Source: Antedon mediterranea (taxonomy: Eukaryota; Animalia; Echinodermata). Taken from it: a DNA stretch of 64,000 nucleotides. Below are positions 25,386 through 39,127 of this stretch, in pieces. The position numbers and the translations under genes were made by a program. Each line of letters opens with the position of its first letter. Within the stretch, counting starts at the first letter, position 1. Location of the stretch: the NCBI RefSeq assembly GCF_964355755.1, contig NC_092679.1:21807432-21871431 (forward strand), in the 5' to 3' direction. The notes under the pieces were generated by a model. It was given only the letters and a program-made list of their open reading frames with translations, ran no database searches and was not told the DNA's origin.

Positions 25386-27140
25386 GTAAGTCCTACATCT
25401 TAGATTTATTTATATAGATACATTAGTTATGTTTGTGTACAGCCTAGCATCGAAATTAATTTCTTTGCTTTTGGTTATTTTACTTTTCGGAGGAGTATGC
25501 TAGGCCGGCTGACTGACTGTGCTACTGGACTGCTGCAGCAGTGAGTGACAGTTTATTTTTTACGTGACCTGTACGTACACACCTACTCCTCGAGAAACCA
25601 CCTGTCCTCCAAATCTAGGCCTAGCCTAGGCTAGGTAGGCCTGCTATTAGTATTACAGTGTTTTGATTAAAAAACTTTAACCACCTGCTTGTATGTCGAA
25701 TCCAAATGTTAACAGGGGCCAGGCCTAGGATAAAATTTATCGTGGATATCGTAGGATCAGACAGTCACATAAAAAGTAACACATAATTATAAATCCCACA
25801 AATGGATGATTTTAGTTTTAGACAGGCCCTACTGTACTATGCCTATTTCTATTTCCCGCACACTGTTCTGTTCGCGAATTTCACATACTGTAGCCTATAG
25901 ACTTAGGCCTAGCCTAGGACCACTCCAATCCATGTTCAATGTTTCCAAAAAAAGATAATGATAATATCTATTAAAAAAAGGATTCAAAACTGTAATGCGT
26001 CCGATTTTTAATGCATTTATTGGTGAAATACACATTGCATTTCAATATATTTTGTCAATAAAAATGCTGTAATGTAATAGTAATACTGTAATTATGTAAC
26101 TTTACTACTGTAGTGTACTGTATGAGTACCCTAAACTATAAAATTACTGTACTAGGTATATATGATTGAGTATAAGTCCCAGGGTGGTGGGTACTTGGAT
26201 TTTCATAACATTTTGATTTACCAAAGAACGTCTTGTGTTTGAATAAAAGAGCTTAGATTAGACGATACTCAGTTATAATATACTGTACACAGTAAAGAGT
26301 AAAGTCCTTTTGAGGATAATGATTTGTATAGTAGTGCTTCTTGATTGATCTAGACAGATTGAAGAAACTAAGATTTTCTCAAGAATTTTTCCATTTTTGA
26401 AATTCAAATTTTATATATTAAAATTGTGTACTGTAAAGAAAGTTTTAAAACAATAAACATGTACATGATTTCATTTGTACAATACAGTCAGTAGAGAACT
26501 ACTGTGCAGTACTTAGGCACTCAGGCATACTGTACTTTAAGATCAATAATTGGTCCATGAATGAATGATTCTAACTCATCTTATAAGATTAGCCATGCGA
26601 GTCTACCATAATTTCTCGCAATTTGTTTTCGATTGATTATCTGTGATCAATTGAAATCAATATTCAACTGTGAAGGAAATCAGATTGAAATTCACAAATT
26701 CATTGCAGATGCGACTAATTTGCCACAATAATACAGTAGGCCTTATATAGTAGTTTTGATTATTTTTCAAGTAAAACTTTTAAAATTTGATGTTGAATAA
26801 AAACATAAACATAAATTTCAACCATCTGATAATACTGTATGAAACATGACAGCTTTTATTTTTCGAATAATTTTTTTTTTACAAAAGAATAGGGATTTTA
26901 CTTACTAATTTCAACTATTCCCCCACTGATTAAAAAAGTGTTTATTTCAACAAAATCATGTTAACACAAATAAAATCTTAAAAAGGATAAAACATGAGGG
27001 AAAGTATCGATAATGGTTAAATTTGTCTATACAAACAAGCTGTCATATTTTGTACATTAACTTTAAAAATAAATATATTATAATTTTATTTCTTTTGCAG
27101 GCTAAATAAAATTATTTTTCAAACTGCAGAACCATGCTTT

Positions 27141-27311
27141 AACCTCTGTATACACTATCAAACTTTATCTGACAAAAAAATGTGATGTGCCCATACAGTA
27201 TATGGACATGATGATGTCATATCACTTCACACATATATTTGGGCGTATCACTACCATATTTGGACACATCACACTGTTTTTCAAACTAGTTTGATAGTGT
27301 AGAAAGAGCTT
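27141..27311. mobile_element. MITE family A
   Basis: Both TIRs present, slightly diverged. Confidence 0.85.
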
Positions 27312-27458
27312 TAGTTATGCCTTTGATTTCATTTTATTATTGATTTCTAATATATATTTTTCTGTTGGCAGGCTATTGGAGCCAAATAGATTTACTGTAG
27401 CTGATTGTACTTAGTGTTTTCTTATCGGTGCTCCTAATATTCCACCCTTTCATTAATA

Positions 27459-27536
27459 ATGGCAATGGACGAAGATAACGCGATGAGGTCAGAGCTGGAG
27501 GAGTTACAGCGTAAAGCTGATGCGACCACTGATGAG
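27459..27536 (+). CDS. SNAP25: First coding exon of SNAP-25/SNAP-23 family t-SNARE (remainder lies beyond the window)
   Basis: Acceptor at 27370-27371. MAMDEDNAMRSELEELQRKADATTDE|GTAAGA matches SNAP-25 [24 protein letters not shown], with the conserved phase-0 intron before SLESTRRM. I did not find the SLESTRRM exon in the window. Confidence 0.88.
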
Positions 27537-29809
27537 GTAAGAACAATGTTTATTGATCTTGGTTCACAAAGAAGTTATGTCTAGTTAAATTTCAACCAGT
27601 ACGGTACTGGTTGAAATTTTCTTTCTCTTGTCATCCAAGTGTTACCATAGCTTTTCTTGTATTGACAAGCATATTTACACTACAGTACATTACAACTTTA
27701 AAATGATACAGTGCATATCCAGTATTATTAATTGAATAAAGTATAAAACACCAGTATTTACAGTTAATTAAATTGTAGATAATAATGCAAATCAGTATAA
27801 AAAAATCATTCTTGATTGGCCATCTTAATTAACTAGACATTATTTTATGTGAACCATGGCATTAATATTTGCCAAATACTCATAAGCAAAGTCTGATGCC
27901 GTGCAAGTACAAACAGCAAGCTACAGTAGAGTGAATGGTTCACGTATTCACTTTCAAGGTTGATTAAAATTGCTCTTTAAAAAGATATTTAATTAAACTG
28001 AAATAACATGTTCAATGTAGGCCTATTGTACGTTGTATTGTTACTGTAGGTATACAATTTACTGGATGAGCATTGGAGAATCTCATTATTAAACATACCA
28101 GTCGTAACAGAATGTCTCAGTATTTACGATTAAATCTACAGTATAGTGTAACCATACAAATGTGTGTCAAACACCACCTAAATGCCCAATTACAATCTTA
28201 GAATCAACCGAAGATAAAGAAAGAAATAATGGTACACCGTACTGTACTCCTGTTTTTTTTTTATGGACTGAAGAAATGTGAAATAAAATAAAAAGTATAT
28301 AAATATATAAACTGTATTGATTCAATTTTTATTCTGCTGGTCATGTACAGTAGGCTATTGCCAACGTCTAATTTGTTGTACTAAAATAATAAATATAGAG
28401 AGTACACCACCACCGCTAGTACGTTTACCTGTTTTTTTATGCGAGGGGGTGTTAAACAATCAGTCTATGTTTGTGTACAGTTACCTTTACCAGTAAACAT
28501 GGTCAAGTGGATGTTAAATATTAAATTCTATACAGCTTAAGATGGATATCATTCTGCTGATTAAGTGATGTCACTCTCCGGTCATTTAATGACAAAAGTA
28601 CTATACTGTACATGCTTACAGAGTATGCTGTTTTTCTATGTTGACCATATTTGACCTCGTAGTATATAATAATCATAATATTCCAGTATTAACTGAGATC
28701 ATCATACATGATGACATAATGATGGCGAAGTTTATGATACAGATATTTGATATACAGTAGATCCAGTTGTTAGGGCAATCTGACTGTAATCCCACCTCTT
28801 GTACAGTAAGTTTTACTACTGTAGATTCTGTAGCCAGACCCTATAAGATTATACTATAGTTAGGTCAAATACAGTATTACAACAGTATATTCACGGAGAA
28901 AGTATTTAAAATGAATTATTAGAATAATTCCTCCATCCTATACTACCATATTATAAAATTTCCCAGAGAAAAATTGAAAAAAAAATGAATTGTGTTAAAT
29001 AGAGAAATTACTTTAGAAAAAAAATTTATTCTACAGTATGAGATGAGAAGATACTTTGAGTTATTAGCATAATGTCAGTTGGGTCAATCTTTTATAATTG
29101 TTTAATTGTTTATTATCAGTGTTACCCCTTTGTGCAACAGTCTTCAATGGAACAATAAAAGCAGCAAAAAGCACAACACTGTATCAATATTTTGTTGAAA
29201 TAATAATATATATATGGCATCTAAAAGGTGCCCTTCCAAAAAATTGACCACAGCGCCATACACACATCAATTCATAAAATGATAAATCTTAAAATTACAT
29301 TCATTAAAACTTGTGCAGCAATAGATACAAATTTTACTACTATATACTGTGCCTGTACATGTCATCATGTAGGAGTAATATTAGATGTTGTGATTGATTT
29401 GAGACATTATGATGTTACTTAAGAAGATGTAAAATGCAACAAAATATATTAACATAATTCCGTTGTTGAAAGCGTAAAGTACTTAAATAGTAGTAGTACA
29501 AAATGTGTAATATAATCTTACAATATTTCTATTGTTCATCATTGAGTAAATATCAGATTTACAAGTTAATCTTCATTGTCTATACATAATGTGTGGTGTT
29601 TTGTGTGAAAGTGGGTTGGGTTGTTATGCCATCAAGTACAGTGTAAAATATATTTTTTGTTCCTGGCCTATATGAAAGGATTAAACTATTGGTATATTCA
29701 AGCAAGTTTTTGTATTTTGTACAAAATAATTCCATTTATTATTGTGACTACTGTATCACTATATTATGTTCATTTTTCGTCTATCGCCCAAAATATTTTA
29801 TGCCTCACT

Positions 29810-29852
29810 TATAGAGTATCACGGTGTGACGTCAGCACCGTGATACTCTATA
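29810..29852. repeat. Perfect 17-bp inverted repeat enclosing a CRE (TGACGTCA)
   Basis: TATAGAGTATCACGGTG-TGACGTCAG-CACCGTGATACTCTATA. Confidence 0.85.
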
Positions 29853-32056
29853 CATGGCTATTTCTCATGCATTCATAAAAAATATTCAGAAAAACATTAT
29901 TTTAAAATTAACTTGCCTATTTTAAAGGAAAAATAGCATAGGACTACATTTGAGCATAATTAGCCTAGGCCTATGTTTATTTGTATTTTAATTATGGTTG
30001 AGGTTAAGTAGTACAAGAAAGCCAGACTTATTCGACAAAAAATTAAACATAGAGGGCGTATTTTGCGATTATTTTGAGTTATTATCTCTGCTATCTTTTC
30101 TGGCTGTTTTACTTTATCGTTTTAATTAAACTTTTCGCTTTTTTTTTTGTATCTCCATTGAGATCCAGCCACTGATACCCTCAGTAATTTGCCTTGGGAG
30201 TTATTAGAACATAGATACAATTTTATTTTAATGTCTCATGCATTGGCCACTGAAAAAGTTGGCATGTATGTACTGTACAATACATATTTTTTGTTAATGA
30301 ATTGATATCACCAGAACTAGGCCTGCAGTACGATTGTTTAACAACAAACACTATTTCTTTCCTAAAGATTGCATGCACTTATGTTGTACACATAATTTAT
30401 TTTGAAATCGATAGTTTGGCTATAATACGGTAGGCATACTTTGCATCATTCTTTTTTTGTTTTCATTGTAATACATTATGTTAAGCATAATAACATGTAG
30501 AATGTATGAATCTGTTCAGCTTATAGCATTATTAAACTTAGTTTTAATTACTGTACAATGACGGATATACTGTAGTAATTGTAGGCCTATAATATTCAAT
30601 CCTAATCACATACAGTACTTGCATAGTACTCTGTATACTCCTATTATTAATAATAGAGCTTCCTTTAATTTTAGTGTTTCCCTATTTCATAATACACTGT
30701 ACATATGTGTGTAGTATAAAATGCAAAGATCAAAATTCATGGACCAATCATTATGCAGTATTCACTCCTAGGAATAATGAGAAACAATGTCGTTCACGTT
30801 GCTGTATACAATAGCTAGTCATGCGCTAAATATACTCCTATATTAATATTTATATTAAATGTACTGTGTTACACAATATTAATAATAATAAAATTAGGGT
30901 AAATGTAATTTTTTTTTCATTACTTACAAATATACCTGTAGAATAATCTATATAATTGTAAAATCAAAACTACTGTACGTTAAGGTATAAATCATGACTT
31001 ATTTGAAATATTTTAAGTTAATTAATCTTAACAGAATGCGAAATATTTATGTGTTTATAGCATTTGATATTCAAAAGAAATGGAAAATGAAATAACAGTA
31101 ATTATTGACACCTGTTTGAACCATGGGATACATAATTACTCCATGACTACTAATAGCAATAGTGATTAACAATATTAACGTGTTTTTTATCATGCATATT
31201 ATAAATTTTCCTCTGATTTCGATTACAGTAGTATTGAGATCCCATGTTTATATACCGTACTGCATAACCGGAAAATGTCAATATTTGCAATGATGGTGTA
31301 CATAGATTCACACAGTATTTAGTATCAGTATCACTGTCACTGACCATCTACAGTAGTTATATTGGTAAAATCAAAAAAAAAAATGTTAATATTTTCCTGT
31401 GATGTAAACCATTACATTTTTGTTAATGTCGGCTTTAAAATAATGTACTGTATTGTCTTTCAAAACTAAAGAAAATAAAGAAAGATGATTTGTAGGTTTA
31501 ATACTTTTCACTGAAGTGAAAGAATGAACATTGTATTTTGCTCATTATAAAAAATACAAGCTAAACTGTTATTGTACAGTGTACATTCAACCATATCCCT
31601 GTTGTCTCCCAAACAATGGGCTTTAAACTGTTAAATAATCAATTTCTTTTTTTTTTTAATTAGTGTACGGTCATTTTTTTAATCCAATTTTTGGTCAAAG
31701 TGAATAATTACTATGTGTAACAATATTACAATAAAATGGCCTTTTCAACATGAAATTTTGTTTTAGTTTTACTGTTATTACATAATGGTTGCATTTGTCG
31801 CAATCAACTACTGTATATTTCATAATGTTTGCCAATTGCTAATGATTCTGTACATTTTACCACAACATTCAGTTGTATCAGTGTACCCGTATTATGCCAT
31901 TAAATGTTTTACTATTTGGAAATAGATTTAACAGTGTAATTTTATTTTCCGATTTCAAATGTCAAATGATAATAAATTGTAACGTTTCTTTCTGAAAAGG
32001 TCACGTGAATTTCACTGTAATTAAGAACCCTGTCTATCGGTTAAAGGAATAATACA

Positions 32057-32699
32057 TTAAAGACACCTTCCCTACAATTTGTGACGTTTTGTAAAAATAA
32101 TACATATATATTACTTTAAAAACATTAAACCATGTCATTTCTTGTCTTACGTTTTATGGTAAATTATGATAAAAAATGAGAAACAATGCACTACCTAAGG
32201 AGTGTGTACCTATGTAGCTCGCGGCGATCGACCTCTCGTGGACGGTCTTAGGCCTAGCCTAGCTAGGCTTAGTTTTGTAGGCCTAGCTGGTAAACATCGG
32301 TAACGTACGAACATCGTACGCTAGCTATATACCTAGCCTGAAGTTGTATAGTTGCTGCATTAATTGTCTTTCTATTTTTGCCAGACTCCGTTGATACAAA
32401 TTGGGGAAAACTCGGTATTTTCGCTGAAAAGTTAGGAGTCTTCCATTTGTTTTGGCCTCACGATCGATCGAAAAGTGGGCGAATTACAGGTGAAAAACAA
32501 AAATATCAATCCGCGCGCAATGCATTGTGGGATTTATAGCGGGCCGCTATAATTATTAGAATCGACTTTTTTTTTCACATTTTTAACCGTTTAAAGACGA
32601 AAAAAGTTATCGCAATAGGACCATATAGTATTATTTTTACATTAAATATAGTTTGTGATCTTAAATTAGATCTAAAAAACGTAGGGAAGGGGGCTTTAA
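32057..32699. mobile_element. Second TTAA-flanked non-autonomous DNA transposon (Kolobok-like)
   Basis: TTAA-AGACACCTTCCCTAC ... GTAGGGAAGGGGGCT-TTAA; the interior is richer in CpG than the flanks. Confidence 0.75.
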
Positions 32700-35574
32700 A
32701 AGACACAAACACTGTATTAATATAAGATACAGTATAGTCCCATATAAAGAGCATATCTTCATTGTGTGAATAACTGTAAAATGACTGATAGGATGCTTCA
32801 TGAATCAATGAGATTGAATTAAGGGAGCATATCCATATTTCTAAACGTTAGTAATGTTTGTAACGCAAAGTCAGAACTAACGCTAATTCCGCGAGTTTGT
32901 GTATGAGATGAATAATAACATTAAACCATATACAGTATGTATCTTTTTAAGCTTCAGCAAAATTTAAATTAAAAAATTGAACCAGTAGCGTTGAGTGAGT
33001 GGAATCTGTAATATTGACAAAAATTAGGTACAGACTTGCCCCAAGTATGTAGTTATTATCTTGTTTAAGTCCACCAGTCGGGGTTTCGATTTTTGTCTTA
33101 AATACGAGCTAATATATTATACGTATGAAATGCCATATGTGCCAAAATATTTATAATTTTACTAATTTCGGTCTAGAATCTACTGTAGACTAACAGATGA
33201 GGTGCATACCGCTGAGAGGAGGAGTGGTTTCTGAAATGAAATTGAAAGAGCTTACTGTATTGAAGATTTTGTTGAATTGTTTGATTATAAATATCATTAA
33301 ATTAAATTTTTAAGTTGGTCAAAAGATTACTGTACATTTGACCTCCCATAATTGTTTTGGATGGTCGGTTAACCGCTCCCATTTCTGTCCCTATTGTAAT
33401 TTAACATCAATTTTCTGCAAATACTACAGTAACTCTATGCAAGAGGAATAAGAAAATATTAAAAAGATTCACATTTATTTCCCTAGATTCTTCCTCGAGG
33501 GCTTTTTCATAATGACATAAACGAAAAATTATTGATCAGATACCAGCACTTAATTAAAAGCGACTTTAGATGGCTTACAGCCACCAGTGCTCATAAATGT
33601 TTGTCCACCAGGCAGTGAACATCCTCAACCAATTTGCCATGTGATCTCTATTGTATAGTTTCAGGTACTGTAGAATATGAATGTATTGACATTTTAATTA
33701 CTGTGAAAATGTTGAAAAAATTGTAAGTTTATGCTGCATATTTGTAAAATATGTTCAGATACAGTATATTTTCTAAATGTGTTTTGAATAATTTCTTGAC
33801 ACTAGTTTACCAAATGAAATAATCACTTCCTTTGAAATCTTAAATTACAAGAAGTCATTTGCACACTGATTGTACCGTACTGTAGATAACAGGTTTGTTA
33901 TTTATGCATGACTGACGGGATAAATTATGATTGCTTGTTATTACCTTAGTAATATTTATTAGGGATAATTACAGTTAATAATTTGAAAAATGTACAGTTG
34001 TTTTTAAGATTATTGGTGATCTATGGATATGTATACAATTTATACCTCTATGGGTGATCTGTAGCTTACGTTTGGTTTAGGCTATGTCTAGTAACAGCGT
34101 ATCCTCCTAAAGCTCTGTCTACAATATCAAACTAGTTTGACAAAAAGTGTGATGTGCCTATTGTCATAGTTACGTCTCTTGTCTTCTCACATGACACTTA
34201 TTTTATTTACAATTTATTTTCATTTCATACTTGTGACAATATTAAACCAATTTTTTATTGTATTTTCCGACATAAGCAATACAGTAGCATACATCCTTCT
34301 GCCCATTTGTTTGGATAAAAGAAAGATTGTGGGTATCCTACTACCACTAGGCCTACTACAGTAGATAAGTTTATGATATGTTTATGTATGATTTTCTTAT
34401 TTACACCATTTTTAATAGCGGTTTCAGCTAATTTAGTCCAGTAAGTCTTGCTGGCAAAATCTGCTTCAGGTGAACACTGCAGCCTTAATAGTGTTTGGTG
34501 TCTCCTAAATTGAGGTTTCCCACAGGCAGTATTGTATCTAGAAATGTGCAAAGTCTATTTCGTGCCTAGCTTACCTGGATAAACCGACAATAGCCCTTTC
34601 TCCTCAAAGAGCGATATATACCTCGAAAAGTAGAAATTTTCATTGAACACACCTTTCCACAAGTGGTATAGTCCTTTTTGAATTTTAATTTTACATTATA
34701 TATTCCATCATGGTTTTAGATTAAATAATATTAAACTATATAATAAAGTGAATCTGCAGCAAAGATCTGGTTGATTAGCTATATTATAAACACCATATGA
34801 TTCATTACTTTACTGTGTTTCATTAGCTTCGTTTTCACTCATGAATATTCATGATTATGCAAATGAATAGCGTCTATAAGTTGTTAATTAATCTGCTTGC
34901 GCAAAATGCTTTGTCTATATGTACAAGGATGATAAACTAAACACCTTTAGGATAGAACTGAGAAGGTATATTATTCCAAATATTAAGTGTTCTTTAGGCG
35001 TCAGCTGGACTGTATTCGTTTGCATATGTGGCTCCTTGCACCTACATTAGGGAGTTTTACGCATCAGGACGGGACACAGGTGAACAGAGCGTCTGTGTTC
35101 ATCAGAGCGTGACATTTTTTTCTTTCATGAAAGTGCTATGTACCATCCGTATGTCCTATAGCATATGCAGAATGACTTTATGACTCGACAGTTGTATGAC
35201 AGTAGTCATGAGGTGCATCATGAAAGAGAAATGATCATAAAAAATAACAATACCAAAATTAGAAATGGTGCTAGTAGCTGTGGTGTCTTCTTCATTGATT
35301 AGCCTACCAGTTACAGAGAAGAAAAAAGACATGGCAAATTACTTTGTTTATAATATTGTACTCTATTAGTATACATCCATAAATTAATATAAATTAATTG
35401 ATTTTGAGGTTTTAAGTTTCTGTTGTTTTAAGGGAATAGCCTTTTACAGTTAGTACCTTAATAACATTGATTTATTTAATTAATAAGATCATATTATGAT
35501 GTAGTAGTGTAAAGATATTTACCATGGTCATCCTCAACACCATATAAATGATTATCTTGTATGTACAGTATAGT

Positions 35575-35790
35575 AGTCATCATCCTTATCACTTTCATCA
35601 TCACCATCATAATCATGGTTATCATAATTATCACTGACATCATCATAATCGTGGTTATCATCATTATCACTGTCATCATCACCATCATAATCATGGTTAT
35701 CATAATTATCACTGACATCATCATAATTGTGGTTATCATCAGTATCACTGTCATCATCACCATCATAATCGTGGTTATCATCATTATCTT
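35575..35790. repeat. ATC-derived minisatellite with a 78-bp higher-order period
   Basis: ATCACTGTCATCATCACCATCATAATCATGGTTATCATAATTATCACTGACATCATCATAATCGTGGTTATCATCATT repeated ~2.6 times. Confidence 0.9.
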
Positions 35791-37328
35791 ACTTTCTACT
35801 TTTCAAGTTATATCTAGCTCTTCGAGGAGAAAGGGCTATTGTCGGTTTATCTTGGTACAGTGCTAGACACAAAATAGACCATAACTTTCATACTGTACTA
35901 TGGTTATTATAATTTTATTCATAATCATAATGTAATAATCATAAACATATTGACCGATTGTCATCCTTATTATCATAAAAAAAAATGTGAATATCATCAT
36001 CCTCATCATAATATAGTTCTACACACATTACATAATATCTTAAGGATCATCACTCATACTGTCATCTCTATTCTTGCCATTGTACAGTATACTATTAATT
36101 GTGTGAAAAAAATCATTTAGAAAAATAAACATAAAAAAGAAGAACATTTCTACAGACCATTTATTTACAATTCGTTACATGTACTACATTGTTTAAATAT
36201 GCTCTATTGCTTGATTTTGTAATTAAAATTAAAAAAGTATTATTATACAAATCATATTGTGACATTAATACTACCTGTATGGACATAACTTTAGCAATTT
36301 AAGTACTTTAGTACCAGTACTTTACAATAGATAGTTATAACAAAAAGCTGTGCATTGCAGACCTATATTTACAATATGTTGGCTTGTTAATAGCCATTTG
36401 ATAGACTTACTTACTATTTGATACAGGCTTGAGTAAAGCCATTATACAATAATTGCTAGATTCAACTGTTTACACAGAGTGTGTGCGCCGATTGCTGTTC
36501 ATTAACATATTGATTCTGAGAAAGAGTTGAAAATTCAAGTATAGCTTTAGTGTGTACAGTACAACTACCGTACCTCCTTGTTGTTTTAAGGATGGGGAGT
36601 GCCACCTACATAAAAAAAATACTGTTTTTAGTATATTTTGATAGACAGTTAGTACACTATACTGTACTAACTATTGGTACAGTACTATTAGTAGGTTTAA
36701 TTTCATTTCGTTATTATTTATTCGTTCTATTTAATTTATGATATTTGATGTTTTTTAAGGGAAATGGTAATTTTAGTGGTATTGTTCATACAGTGGTCAG
36801 TAGTGTTGAATCTAGGATTTTGAAATTGGGGCCTAAGGACCTTTAAACATTTTAAACTAAAGTATTGAACTATCCTACTGTAATGTTTTGTTTTGCATTA
36901 TTATAATATTCCATATTTAGGGCTGGCCTCACCTTCAATAAACCTATGATTATTATTAGTCTATGATTATTATTAGTCTATGCACGTAGAAATTCGGGCA
37001 ATATTGTTGGATTTTCACCAGTCTTACTACTAGTTGAGTTTGCGGATTCGTACGTGGGAAAGGGCCCCAGTGATGAAAAGTGACAGAAGTGAGGGTAAAA
37101 CCAACGAAAAATGCCACAAATTTTAAAATTTTAAATAATTATTGGTATAAATATAATTAATGGAAACCAGTGTTTAGGATTTTGACCTCAAATACAGATG
37201 GTGACGGCATTCTATGGATTACCATAATAATTATCTAGTGTAAAATGGGTTATTCACTTTCTGATATCAGTTTGAAATCTTTATGATGTTGTTTGTAGGG
37301 GAGGATGTAGGGTGAATAATATCTGTAA

Positions 37329-37608
37329 TCTATATTATAAATTTACGTAAGGGCAAAATTCGATAAATCGCAGTTTATTTCTAGAATTTTTACTCGATGG
37401 TATATAAAGTTGGTTTGTACTTTCGGTACTGATTTTAACCATCTGATGTAACCATGTTTACTAATTAAATTGAGTTAGATAATTAGTTATTGACAATTAA
37501 AACAAATTTAGGTTCAACGATTTGCCCCAAATAGGGGTGTTTCGTGGTCGTGGTATACACTGTCTAATGGATGTCCAACTTGAAAAATATCCGCAGACAA
37601 TAATCTAG
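37329..37608 (+). mobile_element. Short internally deleted Helitron derivative
   Basis: A|TCTATATTATAAATTTACGTAAGGGC... is near-identical to 58970-59243 and ends CTAG|T. Confidence 0.75.
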
Positions 37609-38990
37609 TAATAATAACTACAAGAATGATATAATCCCAATTTTTGTAATTTATACTAAATTGACACATTATTTTGGTCAATTATATTGTTAATGCAATC
37701 CGAATACAACCCTAAATTACCATTAAATGTCATAACTTGGCTAATATACTCTACTAGTCAAAATACAGTACACAGTATTTGTATTACAAAAAATGATTTG
37801 GAAATTATAGAAAAATGACAAATATGGTATTAAATGATTACTTAAATTAAAGAAAACATATATAAATGAAGACTACTTTTAAGTGCGCACTATTTAGAGT
37901 AAAAACTTGGGAACAATTTGAACACTACAGCTATAATAACCCATTAGAGGACTCCTCAATTAAGAACACATAGGTGTCCCCTTAATAAATAGTTGTTCTA
38001 CAGAGGAATAAAAAGAAATTGTTAAACATTTACAGACGATAATTTAACAATTTCGGAAGGTTTACATATTTTGTTACCGATTTACGGCATAGCGCTAGTT
38101 TTTTGTTGCTCTTACGCCCTCTATATTACCGTACGTCATCACAAAATCGAGAGAGTTGTAATGTCTGCATTCAGATTCAAGTAAAATATTGAATTTAGTT
38201 GTGTATGTTATGTAGTACAATTAAGCTTCAAAGCATGTCAGACTCGGAGTGGATGTGAAAATGTGTAATTTAATGCCATATTATTTACATAGTCAATACA
38301 GCAATTGTGTTCCAACTCCGAAATTAAATTATCAACATTCGATACGCATTTAACTATTAGTGAGTAAAAGCACTATTATGTATATTAAAAGTGAATATTA
38401 ATAAAATGTCGTTTAAACATTTAATTAAGAAAACATTTTACAAGATCAATCATAATTTATCACATTTTTCATTGCATTCCTCAAGTCTTTACTGTATTTT
38501 CAAAAAACCTGTAGGCCTACTAAAGTACTACTATTAATTTTTAAAGTTAATTAAAAAACTGAAGTATGATTATTTTTCTCCACAAAATTGAATATCTTTA
38601 AAATTCATATATTATTATTGTATCGATGTGTTTGGAATTAATTAAAATAAATTCATATTCTAAAATAAAAGGTATATTTATATCTCAGTTTTTAGGTGAT
38701 AATATTAATCAGTGCTTTTAGATTGATTGGAATTCACAATTTTCTGCTCCATCCAAGCCACTAATATTAACCTAATATTCATACAGCATGCTGACTGTTT
38801 TTGGATGCAGAAAATCGGCATTAATATCATACGTTTGTAATAACACTTATAAAACTTATATGATTTTCACAATACATATGTTACAACTTGACAACTCGGA
38901 TACCTAGCTCAGTGTGTTTTTCTTCCGTTCTCAAGATATTTTCTTTCAAATTTGCGTTCACACTAGTCAAACCTGTATTTACAACTTCTT

Positions 38991-39127
38991 AAGCTCTGTC
39001 AAACTTTTGTGACAAAAAAATGTAATGTGCCCATATACTGTATGGATATGATGATGTCATATCACTACCATATTTGGGCACATCAGACTTTTTTTGTCAA
39101 ACTAGTTTGATAGTATAGACAGAGCTT
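38991..39127. mobile_element. MITE family A
   Basis: TIR ends present; small deletion in the left TIR. Confidence 0.85.

Noticed and set aside
29828-29850. REST/RE1 site in the SNAP-25 intron (TCAGCACC)
   Set aside because: The right half GGACAG is missing, and the match is part of an inverted repeat.
33170-33200. LEST-like match to the next SNAP-25 exon
   Set aside because: No acceptor in the right place, and an in-frame stop follows immediately.
35494-35866. Met/Ile-rich ORFs on both strands
   Set aside because: Products of the ATC-derived minisatellite.
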